Below, piece after piece: positions 1 through 13,300 of a DNA stretch of 64,000 bases. The notes beneath the pieces were generated by a model. That model was given only the letters and a program-made list of their open reading frames with translations. It had not been told where the DNA came from and searched no databases. Source of the DNA: Vicugna vicugna (lineage: Eukaryota); the NCBI GenBank assembly GCA_013265495.1, contig MU057560.1, positions 1,438,753 to 1,502,752 of the forward strand. Direction: 5' to 3'. Each line of letters begins with the position of its first letter. Positions within the stretch are counted from its first letter, which is position 1. The translations under genes and the position numbers were made by a program.

Positions 1-3000
1 TTGAATGTTCATCGAGGTGTCTATTTTTTGGAAAGGAGCGTCCCAGGGGGAGGCAGGGCTGACTTCATCTCAGTCAGCCAACTCTTTGACTTAACCATTT
101 TGTTTTGTTTGTTTTCTTTTTACTTAATAAAAGTAACTTTTGATATAATTTTATCTTAGAAAAAGGATTGTTTTTATTTGGAAAATAATTTTATCTCAGC
201 ATTTTCTCACCTAAATACGGGACCACTCGACGTTGACAGTGTTCCAATCCACTTTAACATGAATATACAGCTCTCCTCGCCTTCATTTGAATTTCTCAGT
301 AAAATTGTATTTTCTGCTTTGATTCTATTTCATACACAAAGTTTATTTCAAAGCTGTGCCAGGAGAGCAAAGCAACCCCATTTGGCTTCAGTTTTCAGGC
401 CAAGAAAATCTGCTGCCTGTCGGTCACTTCTGCTCGGGAGAGTTCATTGATAATCAACAACTTCATTTTCTTCTTCCTTTCTAAATACCGCGAGGTGCTC
501 AGCCTTTATTCTGTGTTGCGCACCCTGAGCACGGGGACCCTGGGTGCAGACACACACCAGATCCGGAGAGCAGTACTGGCAGAACCAAGGGTGGTCCTGG
601 GGGAGGGAACCCCGGGAATCTGACTGTCAGTCTTGGAGCAGGACTTTAATTCACAAAGTCACTCTCTTACTCATTTAATTTTACAGTTAGTTGTACAGTC
701 ATTCAGCAGCCACTGGCAATGCAGCAGCGCAGAGCCTCTGAGCGCTGCAGAATGTTCCTACACTGTCAGTGCATTCGATCAGGAATGATCCCAAACAATG
801 ACAAGAGAAGGGTTCCAAGTGGGAGAAAAGCCGCAGCGGGAGGAATGAACCCAAGGAGGCCACCCCGTTCTGCATGAGTGCATCAGCGGCTCTGATTTAG
901 TAAGAGTCTGTTGCCCCTTGTCTTTATGGCGTGATATATGTATTTTCCAGGTTTATATTTCAGATTGAAATCAGTGTCGTCGGGGTATCGGCCAGTGCTG
1001 GGCATCTGTGGCAGCCAAGCTACGAACACTGTTTTGACCCAGCAAAAAAAATAGAACATGTGTTGTTCAGTGTTCCACACTGGGGGAGAAGTCTCTGAGA
1101 ATAAGAGTGAGTTTTATTGTATACTGTTTTTTTTTATTTTTTTTTCTTTGCACTGCAGTCCACACCAGATTCCTCATCTTTCCCTCACCATTCTCACTCC
1201 CCATCCAGAAAATGGGAATAACAAATAAATTTGGCTGGAACTGACTGTCTTCTTTTCCATGACCATCAATAGCTGCTTTCAAAGGATCCCAGTATCTGCG
1301 TTTGCATCTTCCTCCGAACACGCTTTCTCTTACAGAAATCTGCAGTATAAAATTCTTATCTCGGAAAAGGTTTTCTGTCCCTGAGAAGGATTTCCGAGGA
1401 CTAAGGACTCGGTCACATCAGTTAGAAACGGTCTCATTCTGGGCGTGCATGAGACCAGCTCTGTTCTGCGGCTGCTCCCGACTCTTCAAATTAGTTACTG
1501 ACAAACTGTAGCATTTTGGTCATTTCTACTTTTATCTTGAATCCTGTTTATTTAATCCTAAAATCTCTCCAGACTAATGGACACTTTTTTTTAAGTAATC
1601 CCTATTATGTGTCCATTGCATCAAAATTTCCATTAAGGCAGCCACATGCTCCTAAGTCTATTGATAAGAATTTCTGAATGTTATCTGTCCATGAAAAGTC
1701 CTTTTGGACACTAAATTATGACAGTTTTCAGAAAGAAGAAAAAACATGCTATTCTGTGAGCGCAGGTGTATTCACAGACACCAGAAAATTGAAGTCCAAT
1801 TCAGAAGGAAATATTGGAAACAATTTGAGCCTGGATTCAATCTGGCCGGGGCTGAAATAGCACAAGAAATGACTTTGAAGATGATTCTGCCATTTTTTCA
1901 GTTCATTCGATGTGACTGGAGCCATCAATATGGAATGGACTGGAAAACTCACATTAAATCCCTGCTTATGTCATTTCAGACCAGACCGGAGGCTGAAAGC
2001 TACTTCCAGTGATTCTATTTAAATAAAATGTTACACAGTGAAGTTTAAAACTTAACTAGAAGGCGAAATAGAAAATGTGCTTTCCTTATAAAAATACAAT
2101 TGCAAAAAACTCACACGCATAGTTACTTTCAAATAATAAATAGGAATCCTTAGTTCTAGCACAGCATATGCCTTACACATTCTCTTATACTGTTACAATC
2201 TCTATTTGGATTATATAAAATATATGTTTTATGCCAATAAGTTCATTCCTAAAAAGATACTGAGTATTGATTTTTTTGTTGTTTTGAGTATTGATTTCTC
2301 ATGAAACAGAATTGTGTTATGCACGCATAATATGAGAATTGAGTAAAAGAAATCTTCCTTTTATAAAAGGATGAATCCTTCTGACATATAAATAATCAGG
2401 ACTATATTTAGTTTGCATTTCCATAAGGCCATTAAAGGGTCCGTGAGATTGGCTAGTGTTCCCTGATGTGAGTTCCCAGGGTCAGCTGGGTGCACCGGGA
2501 CTCCCCGCACTGCGTGTAGCTCCTGTGAGCCTTCACTTTTCTTGGGGACCAGGAAGAGCAAAGGACAGTCACTGTCAAGGTCAGAGTTCTCCGTGCCTCC
2601 TGCTCACTCCTGACCTTTCCACTCGGGTTTCAGTTTTCCTGGGCCAGCCTGGTGTACCTCTGCGGTCCAGTTCTTTTATTCTCGGAAGTGTCCTAGTTGT
2701 GATAAGAAATTACATGTGCCAAGAAATTCTCATGCCTGACTCCCTCTGACTCACCGGGCTCTGGACTCCCCCGCTCAACTTTCATCAGCACCATCGCGGC
2801 TTCCCTCCTCCTGCCCGGCCGACCCCTGGTGTGAAATAACGTCTTCTGGTTACAAGAACATTCACTGAACTGAAATAAAAATACGACCAGATTTTGTATC
2901 TTTCTCCACTCATTACATACAAACAGAATGCTGTCATCAAAAGTGGACAGAAACTAGTGACACCCACTAGCAGTTTTTCTGGTGTTTTGATTTGAATTTC

Positions 3001-3338
3001 TTTATCGTTTTATTCTGTTTTGCTTTAGCTTTACACAAATTACCTTCTACCTTTCTGATGCCTCAAATTCTTCTTGCCGAAATGCCCCGTTCATGAAACA
3101 GAATCATTTTACTCCATGAGCCTAGGATGGGTAGTCTAGAAGAGACTAAATACGTGCAAAAATTAGCTGTCATCTTAAAAAGTCATGGATAAAATGGATC
3201 TTGGTAAAAGGCAGGAGGCATAAAGGGTGAGGAGGGTAACTCACAGTTGTGACGCAGCCACAGGACTCAGACGACGGGAAGACCTTGGGTCCGGGGCCCT
3301 GGTGGGAGGGCACTCGTGAACGAAGTAACTTCCGTATG

Positions 3339-4188
3339 TGTTGGTTTAATTTTTAAATTTTTTTAGTTTATTGAAGTACAATTGAGTTATAATGTTTCAG
3401 GTGCACAGCAGAAAGATGCATATATATATCCTTTTTCAGTCTTTCTCCTGATGGGTTATTACAAGATATTGAATATAGGCCCCTGGGCTCCACAGCAGGG
3501 GCTTGCTGGTCACCTGTTTAATATACAGCAGTGTGTCGGTGTTAATCCCAAACTCCTGACTTACCCCTTCCTCCCTCCTCCCCTTTGGTAACCATAAGTT
3601 TGTTTTCTACGTCGCATTGTCTATTTGTGTCTTGTAAATATGTTCGCTCATATCATTTTTTTCAGATTCCACATACAGGTGACATTACATACTTGTCTTT
3701 CTCACTTGGTATGAAAATCACCAGGTCCATCCGTGTTGCTGTAAGTGGCATTATTTCGTTCTTTTTTATGGCTGAGGAATATTCTTTACCTTTTATCTGC
3801 TGATGGACATTCAGGTGCTTCCGTGCCTTGGCTACAGTAAACAGTGCTGCTGTGAACACCGGGGTGCCTGCACATTTTCAGACTAGAGTTTTCTCTGGAT
3901 ATGTGCCCAGGAGTGGGGTTACTGGATCGTATGGTGCCTCTATTTTAGTTTTTTAAGGAAGCTTCATACTGTCCTGCATAGTGACGGCATCAACTTACAT
4001 CCCCACCAACAGTGCAGGAGGGCTCCCTTTTCTCCACACCCTCTCCAGCATTTATTGTTTTTGAGACATTTTGATAATGGCCACTCTGACAGGTGTGAGC
4101 TGACACCTCACTGTAATTTTGATTTGTGTTTCTCTAATGATCAGTGGTGTTCAGTGAAATTTTCATGTACCTGTTGATCTGTTGGTTT
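3339..4188 (-). mobile_element. 5'-truncated L1 (cetartiodactyl-type) with ORF2 C-terminus, 3'UTR and A-tail
   Basis: T-rich tail at ~3345-3370. ORF 3662-3859(-) reads MFTAALFTVAK...YSSAIKKNEIMPLTATRMDL...CGI, the L1 ORF2 C-terminus. 9-bp TSD TGTTGGTTT at 3339-3347 and 4180-4188. Confidence 0.92.
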
Positions 4189-4769
4189 GAAAACAGACTT
4201 TCTCAACCAACACTGGCGATGCTGGCGTTTTGGGTCCCAGTGTAGGCTGTGTATTTATCTCTGGTAATCTTTATCTGATTGGATAAAATGTGCTACTTTG
4301 GTCCCATCTAAAATACCCCCACAAGGTAATAATCTGGCTGCTCCTTACTCATTTCCTAGGAAGGGCATCTTACTCCATCCTGCAGAAGGCGCTGACTTTG
4401 AGTACTTGTGGTATTTGAACGACCCTTCCTGCTCTGTAATGATGTGGACGTCACCTGATGGCACAGGTTCTCAGCTCCCCTCGCCCATTCTGGCTTCTGT
4501 AGAGCTGAATGATTTCACCCCAACTGGCCTTTTCTGAACTGCAGTCCAGTCAGGATGATAAATATTCTTCGTGTCTTCCTACTCCCTACACGGCCAAGCC
4601 CTTACCTCATCTTCAGCTTCTGAGACAGCACCTGTTCCACAGCTCCGTCGTTTACTATGTCTCCTTTTCATTTTCTCACGATCTCACCAGGGCTGTGGGC
4701 TTCCTCGTTCCCAGGTGAGTGCTGCGCACAGTCCAGTCTGGCCTGGGGGCCATGGTCCTTGGAGCCCCA

Positions 4770-4870
4770 TGTCAAGAAAGCTGGAATTAACTGGGCTAGG
4801 GTAGAGTACAGCTTCTGGTATTTTTAAAGTTCCTCATGCAATGTGAATAGTCTGCAATGACTGCTGTCCA
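4770..4870. mobile_element. Degenerate MER5-like (hAT-Charlie) fragment
   Basis: ctggaattaactgggctagggtagag...ggtatttttaaagttcctc resembles the MER5 core; highly diverged. Confidence 0.4.
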
Positions 4871-6826
4871 TTGCCTCACGTTGGCAACACAGGACCATCT
4901 TTTCTAGCCCAAACCATAGACATTGGTGTCCCATTTAATTATTGTCTTCTAAGCTAACATCCCCAGCATTTTCTTAAATATCCTTCACCAGTAATTTAAA
5001 TTTGTGATGGCGAAAATCCGACACATGATACCATGCATATTCTAATCATCTCTGCCGAGAACAAAGAACTCACACTCTCAAGCCTTCTGCCTTCCTGGGT
5101 GCCAACACCTTGGACGGAGGGGTTACATGTCAATTAATATAAAAAGAACGTTACTGCACGAGCTCTTGCCGAAGAACCCGAACCCAGAAGAGTCTCATCA
5201 TAATTATCGGCAACAGAGTCTGGCTGTTGCTCATATTGAAACTAAATACAACTTAAAACTAGAGTCTTAAAAACTAGAATTGGTAAAAGTGCTTTTTGCA
5301 GTTTTAAATTAGTATTTTCTTAACCTTTCTGTGTTAAGCCAGTGGCAATAAAAATAACATTGGTTTAATCCCTTTCGCTCCTAGTTAAAGACTTAGAATG
5401 TATGCTTGACAGCCTACGTTTTCCCCTTCAGTCATTTTGTGAACCTGTGATACAAACCAAGTTTACCCTAATTAGTATGTAAACTTTATGGGATCTGGGA
5501 TCTGCAAAACCCATGGTCAGCTTTAAACTTGGTAGTTTCCTTTGGAATCCGAGATGCGTGGAAAGGCTTGCAACCGAAAGCCTGGCATTAGGCTGTCCCT
5601 GCAGAAACAAAGGCAAACATTTTCCCGGGTTTATTTTAAGACGTGTGCTATCAGGGGCTTCGCTGGGAAGGATGGATCTGGGAAGGTGTTGGACCTGGAG
5701 ATGACATCGCACTCTTGGGGCAGGATTGCAGCTTTAAATATTATCTTTGAAAACTGACCTTGTTGGAATGAGCCTTGTAGGGACCCAGCCTGCTCCCAGC
5801 ATTGGACTGGGGAGCTTTCCCTTAGAAACAGGTTCCAGGGTTCACCTGCCTTTCGAGCAGAGGAGGGGTCCTCACGGGGGGAGTAGGGGGCCCAAGGGTG
5901 GGTGTACCTTGGAGTTCAGGGCAGCATGAGCGTTTCTGAGGCTGAGTCTACAGATGGTGGAACAGCTGGCTTCAGATACATCGGAGTCAAGGCTGGAGGA
6001 ACAGGGTCCAGCAGCAGCGACAGAAGGACAAACGACCAAGATGCCCAGCATCACAGCTTCCAGGCCTCTCCTGAGTGTCCAGCCCTCCAGGGCACGATTC
6101 CGTAGAGAAGGAAGGATGAAGCTTCACTAATGACTGAAACTGACCGAAAGCTGAGACTCCATTTGTCTGGATTGAAAAAGAACTAAAGTCACCGTGGTAT
6201 TTCTTGCCTCCCTCCCTCCTCCCCTCCCACACACAAGCCAAGGGTGAATGAGGCTGAGCTCTCTCCCATGAAACACTCCGGAGGCGGCCCCAACAGCACA
6301 GGGCCCCGGTGTGTTCTGCTCTGTACGTGAAGGCTGGCTTCATCCCCGTGTCAGAACTAGCGATCGGATTTTGTGTTTATTCTGCCAATGTTTATGCCTA
6401 CCCTTCAGGGTTATTGAAGCCTTTCTAGCTTTCGCTGGATGTTTTCTATTACTAACCAGTATTCTTTCAACGTACGTTTTATTAAAGCCTTCATTCTAAT
6501 CTTTGGTGTGTTATTAATGTGTACGGTTGATGCATAAATGCTTGCCTGTTTATCCTGGACAAAGGGGCATTCTTCCACTTTGATATCCAACCTTTCATTA
6601 ATAGCTTTCTATCTTTTTGCAGATAGTTACGAAGCCAACAAATTGTGCTAACATTCAGGCACAGTTTAATGTTTTACACCAATATTTTATGGCACATTTT
6701 GGCAAGCAAAATGCTAAAATAAATCCTGATGTACTTTTGTCTGTGACATTTCCCCGAATCTGTTACTACTCTAGACACGTTTCCGAAAACAGGCGAGGCT
6801 TCTGACGACAGCACTTTTTCTCCCAA

Positions 6827-7338
6827 TGTGCGGTCAGCAAAATAACGCCCCCGGAGACATGTGCACCCCAGTCCTGGGAAACTGAGTGAGTTTTGCTAGG
6901 TGGCAAAGTTGCTAATCAGCTGACCTGAAACTGAGGCGGGTATCCTGAATTAGTCAGGTGGATCCAATGAAACCAAAAGATCTTTAAAAGTCAAAAAGGA
7001 AAAAGAGGATTGAGACCGAGAGGAAGATGTGACTGTGGGAGAGGAGGTCAGAGTAATCTGACCCGAGAAAGGCCTGATCCATCCCTCCTGGCTTTGGAGA
7101 CGCAAGGGGCTATGAGGCGAGAAACGCAGACAGCCCCTAGAAGCTGGAAAAGGCAGTGGAAAGGGTAAGGATTCTTTCCTGGCACTTGCAAAGAGGAACA
7201 CATTCCTGCCGACCTCTTGGTTCTAGCCCAGTGAGACCCATTTTGGACGTGTGATCCTCAGGACTGTGAGGAAATGAACACGTGTTGTTCACCCCAGTCC
7301 TTCCTGGTGATCACAGCAGCAATAGAAGCCCAGCACAG
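6827..7338 (+). mobile_element. MaLR solo LTR, MLT1D-like
   Basis: TG...CA ends. Motifs ttgctaatcagctgacct, ctagaagctggaaaaggca, ctagcccagtgagacccattttggac and acagcagcaatagaa match recalled MLT1D consensus. Confidence 0.85.
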
Positions 7339-10300
7339 AAGGCAGCGTCTTCCCTGAGGTGACAGCCATAAAACTCAGCTTCTGTTTTCACACGTAGACA
7401 GGTGCATACATGCTGCACTTTGTAGACAGTCGTTAGTCCATTTTCCTTTTATTCGATAATATTTAAACACAAACTGTAGATATAAATCTGGTGAGTAGGG
7501 CTGGCCGAGTGTGTGCGTGCCAGATGGAGATGGAGATACTGTCCGTGACTTGTGCTTCTCTCAGTGATGCCCAGAGAGCCCTGAGGCTCCTCAGGGTTTT
7601 GTTTTGCTTAGATAAGTGGATTTGCTAAAATGTTTCAAGTGGAGACTTAATCCTCTGATTCCTGGGAGATAAAGATTCCGCATGCACTACGGACGCACAG
7701 GGAAAAGGAGGAATGCCTCCCCTGCCCTTCCGTCAGATCACCAGTGCATCAGAGCCGGGGGTGGGCTGGGCTGGCCACAGGCTTGCACGAGCGGTAAGGC
7801 TCTTTAGTGAGAATAAAAAGAGCTCTGACAAGGTAATGGGATTCGCGTGGAAGGGGTGCTCCCAGTGATATTATGTCTGCTGCTGCCTGTTTGGGACCTA
7901 AAAGATACGCCCGTTTACCCTTTCAGGGCTTAAGTCAGAACACCGTAGCCCCTTCCAGCTCCTCCATCATCTTCCAAGTCCACGTAACTTTTCAAAGACA
8001 ACCCAAAGTCATTCAAAAGCCTCACATCCAAGTTCTCTCTGCATTAATCAAGGGCACAACTAGTCTTGGTCAAAGTTTTGTGTCTTTGGTTTTGTTGCAC
8101 TATTTTCTGTTTGGTACTTGTGGATGTTGGTTCTCTTGGTTGGAAATGATTAAAAACTTAACCCCTACTGGTCTCAGAGCGCCCATCCAAAGGATGCTGA
8201 CTTTGTCGGAAAGGTACTGACATTCACAGAACTGAAGAAATGACAGCTTTCAAGAGTGAAAGGGCTAGAATTGGGAATTCAGCGACAAGTAGAACTAATT
8301 CTCAGTTGTACTGCCTTCTGTTCTCTCAGGGTAGATGAGTTTTACTTTCATGATCACCAAGCCAGTTTTTTGACTGAATAGACAATAGAGAATCATCCTT
8401 TCAGTTTCCGAAAAATAAATCAGGGGAAGGAAAATATTTGGCTCAGGTTGGATCATAACGCATAATGTTAATAAATATGAAATTCAATGACTGAATCTTT
8501 CTGATTTATCTGCCTACCTCTGAGTTGGAATGGGTACAGTGTATTTTCAAAAGGGAGAGACAAAAGATGCTACATAGATTTTTTTTTAATTATCACAGAC
8601 TCGGACTCCTTTAGAGCAGCTAAGTTCTCTTTCAGAATCACCTCGTCTGTCTGGAGTGTCAACTCTATAACAGGAAATTTTCTTTACAGTTTTTCTCCTG
8701 AAGATCATTTCTCTTGTCAGGGAAGATGACAGCAAAACCAGAACTGAGTAGCTCCTCTCTCATTTCAAGCCTCCTTCCCAGCCTACAATCTCCTGCCTTC
8801 ATTGTCTTCTCTGAAAATCATTCGTTTATCACTTTCTTGAAATTTTATAAATTCTCTCTTTGAGATTTAGATTTCTGGAAGCAGTTATTTTAAGTATGCT
8901 CTGTATTTTTATTTTCATCTTTGGTCATGAACTTTCATTTATTTCACTTCATTTTAAAATCCAAGAGCTTGTTTCTTTGTGTGGTCACACTGGTCAGTCC
9001 TGGATTTGTGACTGAGAGCCTCCTGATTGTCTAGGCATGTCTTATATAAGTAATAAATAACACATAGATCATATAAATAATAAATGAATGGCTCTTGGCC
9101 TGTCATATTTATAACGAAGAAATCTAGCAGTCGCTGGCTAGGGTATGAAGAGGTCTCAGAAACGTGTTCTGCATCCGTGCCTTCTGCCTGCTCCCTTCCT
9201 CGTGTTCAGAATCAGTGTAAACCTGCTGGTGGCCGCCTCGCTCTCCAGGTTCAGTGAAAAGTCATCAGAAACACAACTCGAGAAACACCAGAGCGTCTGT
9301 TCTTGCTTCTGTTTTGTGTCTGGAAGCTGAACGAACCCCTGGCAGGTGGCTTCCTCCGCTCTTGGCGCCACACTTGGCCCCTCTGCCAGGCCAGCGGTCT
9401 TAGAGGGAAGCGTCTCCTGCTTTCTCGTTTTACTCTCCATTCCAGTCTTTCCCCAAGAGCTCTCCGAACGGACGAACTCCGCGTCTGTGGCTTTTCACGT
9501 AGACGTGAAGGTTTCACTATATATTGCTGTTTTATCTCCCCTGCAAAGTAGCTCCCTCCCCTGGAACAGAGATAACATGACCTGTGCACATGAGGGGCAG
9601 GTCGGCAGGTGGTTAAAAACGGGCCGGCTGCCCTGGCAGAGTCTCCAGAGGCGACACCAGCATGGTGAGGTCTTCTCATCCACGTCTCTGGCCGGCAGAG
9701 CCTCGGCGTCACTCCCAACCTGGAATCTGAGGGCCGGGTCACCCCACCAGACTCACAAGGCCCTGACATATAAACTGGAATCTCCCTTATACGTATTTTG
9801 GTAACACACATGATTGTCCAGCAGTTAGCTGTGTTTGCATCTCAGTAAGTTTTCTCCAGAGAACAGCAAGTAGCACATCACACTGGCGCCCTGCGTGAGA
9901 ACCAGATGCAAGAGGAAGCCTGGCGGAGGGGAGAAAGGCCGCTGAGCCGTCGTCGCTGATGCCCTCGGTAATGGGGTCTCGGCCGTCTTGGATAAACCCT
10001 CCCCAGACCAAGGGCCTGCCCTTCTGTTTTCAAGCTCACCGTCTCTCTCTCTCAGCCTTGCTGTCCTGAGGGAAGACGACGCCTCACTCTGTGGCTCCTG
10101 CCCTGGAACCGAGGACCACGTCCTTTTCCTGTAGCCTCCTTCCCTGGGTGTCGGCTTTCCTGCTTCAGTCTCAGAGTCTCACAGCGGCTGCCACTGCCCA
10201 CACTCCTCTTTTGAGGTTTCCTTCACAAGTCCTCCCTCACCACAAACGCCCACAAGCTCCGTGACCAGCGTGACTCCGGCCACCCCGCACTGTGTGTCCT

Positions 10301-13300
10301 CGGGCGTCTGACAGCGGATCCAAGGCCATCCCGCTCCCCCACTCCCAGTCCAACGGCCAGACTCATGTCACTTCAAAGGCTCTAAGACGCTCCCCAGACT
10401 TTAACAATCCTCCAGAATCATGTGCAATCATTTACGTTTAAGGGATTTCTATTTCCTGACTAAATTTCTGGTTCTTCACGATGAACAAGTGTTGCTTGTT
10501 TGTCTCTGTGCACCGACAACGTATAGGACATAATAGGTGCCTGGAAAGAGCATTTTCTAAATACTTTTTAAAATTCTACTTTTTAAAATTCCCCAGGAAG
10601 AAAATAGATTATTTCTTATTCACTGAAATGAATTAAAGTCGGTCCAGTTTTTTTTTTTTAATTTTAAATTCTAGGATCTTAGGAGAACGGTGGTACCACT
10701 GAGAATGGCAGACATTACAAAGTGGCAGCAGGTGTGGGTGGTAGCGGAGCAGGGAGGTGGGCTTGGGCAAAGGGTGATGAATGGCCTCATGGCACAGAGG
10801 AAATAAATGCATGATGGGGAAGTACCATAGGATGCAAAAGGGAAAACTGCAAGGTGTGAATGCTAGGATACAATTTATAGTACACTTGGCTGTGAAAAAC
10901 ATTATATTTTCTAGTCACTAACTCTGAATCAGACTCATATAAAATAAAAATTAAAAAAAAACTAAATCTACCTTTATTTCCCTTCTAAATAATCCTGAAC
11001 CCCTGCCCTCTAGAACCACTGATTTCTTTGTATTCAATAAGCCGGAGCTTCTGAGAATCAATTCTATAATCTTTACCAAATTTAATTTATTGTCTGTCAT
11101 TTCCAGAAAACCAATCATTGATTTATACAGTCTCCACTTTTTTTTCTAAAGACATTGTAAACATTATCTAGTGAATGGCTTTACTGTCTGAGACAGATTT
11201 TTCTAATCTGTTTTTAAAACATTCTTTAATTTTTTTCAATTAACTCTTTTAAATTAACACCTCATTTTGAGAGCAGGCTTAAAGCTCTCAGGTTAAGTGC
11301 AGGTTCCTCCCTGCATTGCTGATGAAGCGGATGGAGGCGCTACCAAGGAAGGGTCAGGACCACGGGGACATCAAGAACCAGCACCCCTACTGCACCGTCT
11401 TGCTCAGATCGTCCCCCCGCCCACCTAATGTCATGTTCAGCAGGAATTCAAGCCCTGGGGATTCCACAGAGAATGAATTCCTTAAGGGAGCTAGCTAGAT
11501 GCTTTATTCCACTCGCTGGAAGCTCATGGGTTTTAATGTAATTGGCAGTTGGTAATTTTACCACTGGTTTTCCCTCTTCTGCATCAGCGGCTTATTGAAA
11601 CGACATTCATAATAAAAAATGCATGAAGCTATTCTTCCTGCTTTTTCTTGCTTCAGTTAACTCTATAGGTGTGCACATCAGCTACACAGAATTCCTGGTA
11701 CATTAATCAGAAGGAAATCATCTGAATTCAGAGAGATTCATGGTTCCACTCTTAGCTTTAGCAAAAATGACTACGGTAATCCTAATATGACTGGTATGTT
11801 TGGTACATTTTGAATTTCAATTTCAATAATGATTCAGTACCAGAGTGTAAGGATCCAATTCATTTGAACAACCACCCTCCAACCAGGAATGAAAACAAAG
11901 AGTCACTGGGTGATATGTAAGTAGTTCAGATCCACTTCTTCTTTTCCTTCCACTTCATCCAAATCCCACCCATTCTCCTGGGATTAAAGCCCAGTGGCCT
12001 TCATTCAGTGGGGTCTGACTGTGCCCACCTTCACCTGCCCTGTGCCTGTGAAATTCCGCCTCATGAACATGAAGTAAGTTCCCTCCATGTTACACAACCA
12101 TTTTTCCCATCGTTGCTTGTCTTGGTCGTCTCATCTCCAAGGTGGAGTTTCAAGTTGTCTTCATACATTTTTTTCCCACCAAACTCACCAACATCTTCAC
12201 CCCCAACGTGGTGCAGACATCGCAGTGTTTTCATGTTAAATGATCTAAATAAAGGGAACCAGGTCAAGGAAGCTCCTGCCAGCTGCGATGGTAGGTGAGC
12301 GGACTTTGTAAGGAGGGGGCACGATCTCTCACAGTTCTCAGTCGTTTCAGGCAGATGTTTTCAGTCATCTGTTTGGTCATTTTTAAATCATATGCTTGTA
12401 AGGATTAAAAGCAACTTACATTTTTTTCTTCCTGCAAATAACTGGACACTAAAATCACTTCAAGATACAGATACAAACCTATTTAGAAGTGTTCTTTTTT
12501 GAATTGTCAATATTTAGATTCAATTTTATCTAGATTCATAATCTAAAAGCTTGCCAGCCAATGTTCTAATTTTATTTTTTCTTGAGTATATATTTAAAGT
12601 GGACATTGTAAAGAATCAAACGTAATACAAAGATACCTTGCAATGTATTTATAAATTATGCTTTGTAATATAAATTTTCCTGCTCTCTACAACCAATAAA
12701 AATTCAAATTTAAAGAAACCTCCAGGATCAATTATTTTAGTAAAAGCTTTACCAGGTGATTCCATTTTTAAAAGTTGTCTCAGACCAGTATGTCAACAGT
12801 TGGTACATAAATAAATATGAGTTGGTGAAAAGAAAAAGACCCACATACAGCAGCCACAGGACATCCCCTGGATGCACTGGGATGTGGGGAAAGCATAAAG
12901 CATCCAAGCCTCAGCCGCTTCCAGCTGACATGTTACCTAAAATGATATAACCTAGTGTTTTCAAAGCTTTGTCCGTAAAGAAATGGCCAGGACTGACTGT
13001 GTCCTGCAGCACCTGCCGTGTAATGGGCCCCGTGAAACCAGCCCCCTGGGGCACTTGCAGCGTTCATCCTGGGGTAACGCTCGTCCTCAAACACGCCCCA
13101 CTTTCCTCCCTGGCCCTTCATGCCATCCTGGCCACTGTTTCCTTTCGGGCAGTGGTTTCTATTCTTATTTGGCCACAGAACCACTTTGCCATTACCTGGA
13201 TTTATTACGGAGTTGGAGCCACACGGCACCTACAGAGTGCCCTGCTGAGCACCAGCCAGTTCCTGCTGCTTAGTCTCATTGTGGGCCCAGCCGAGGAATT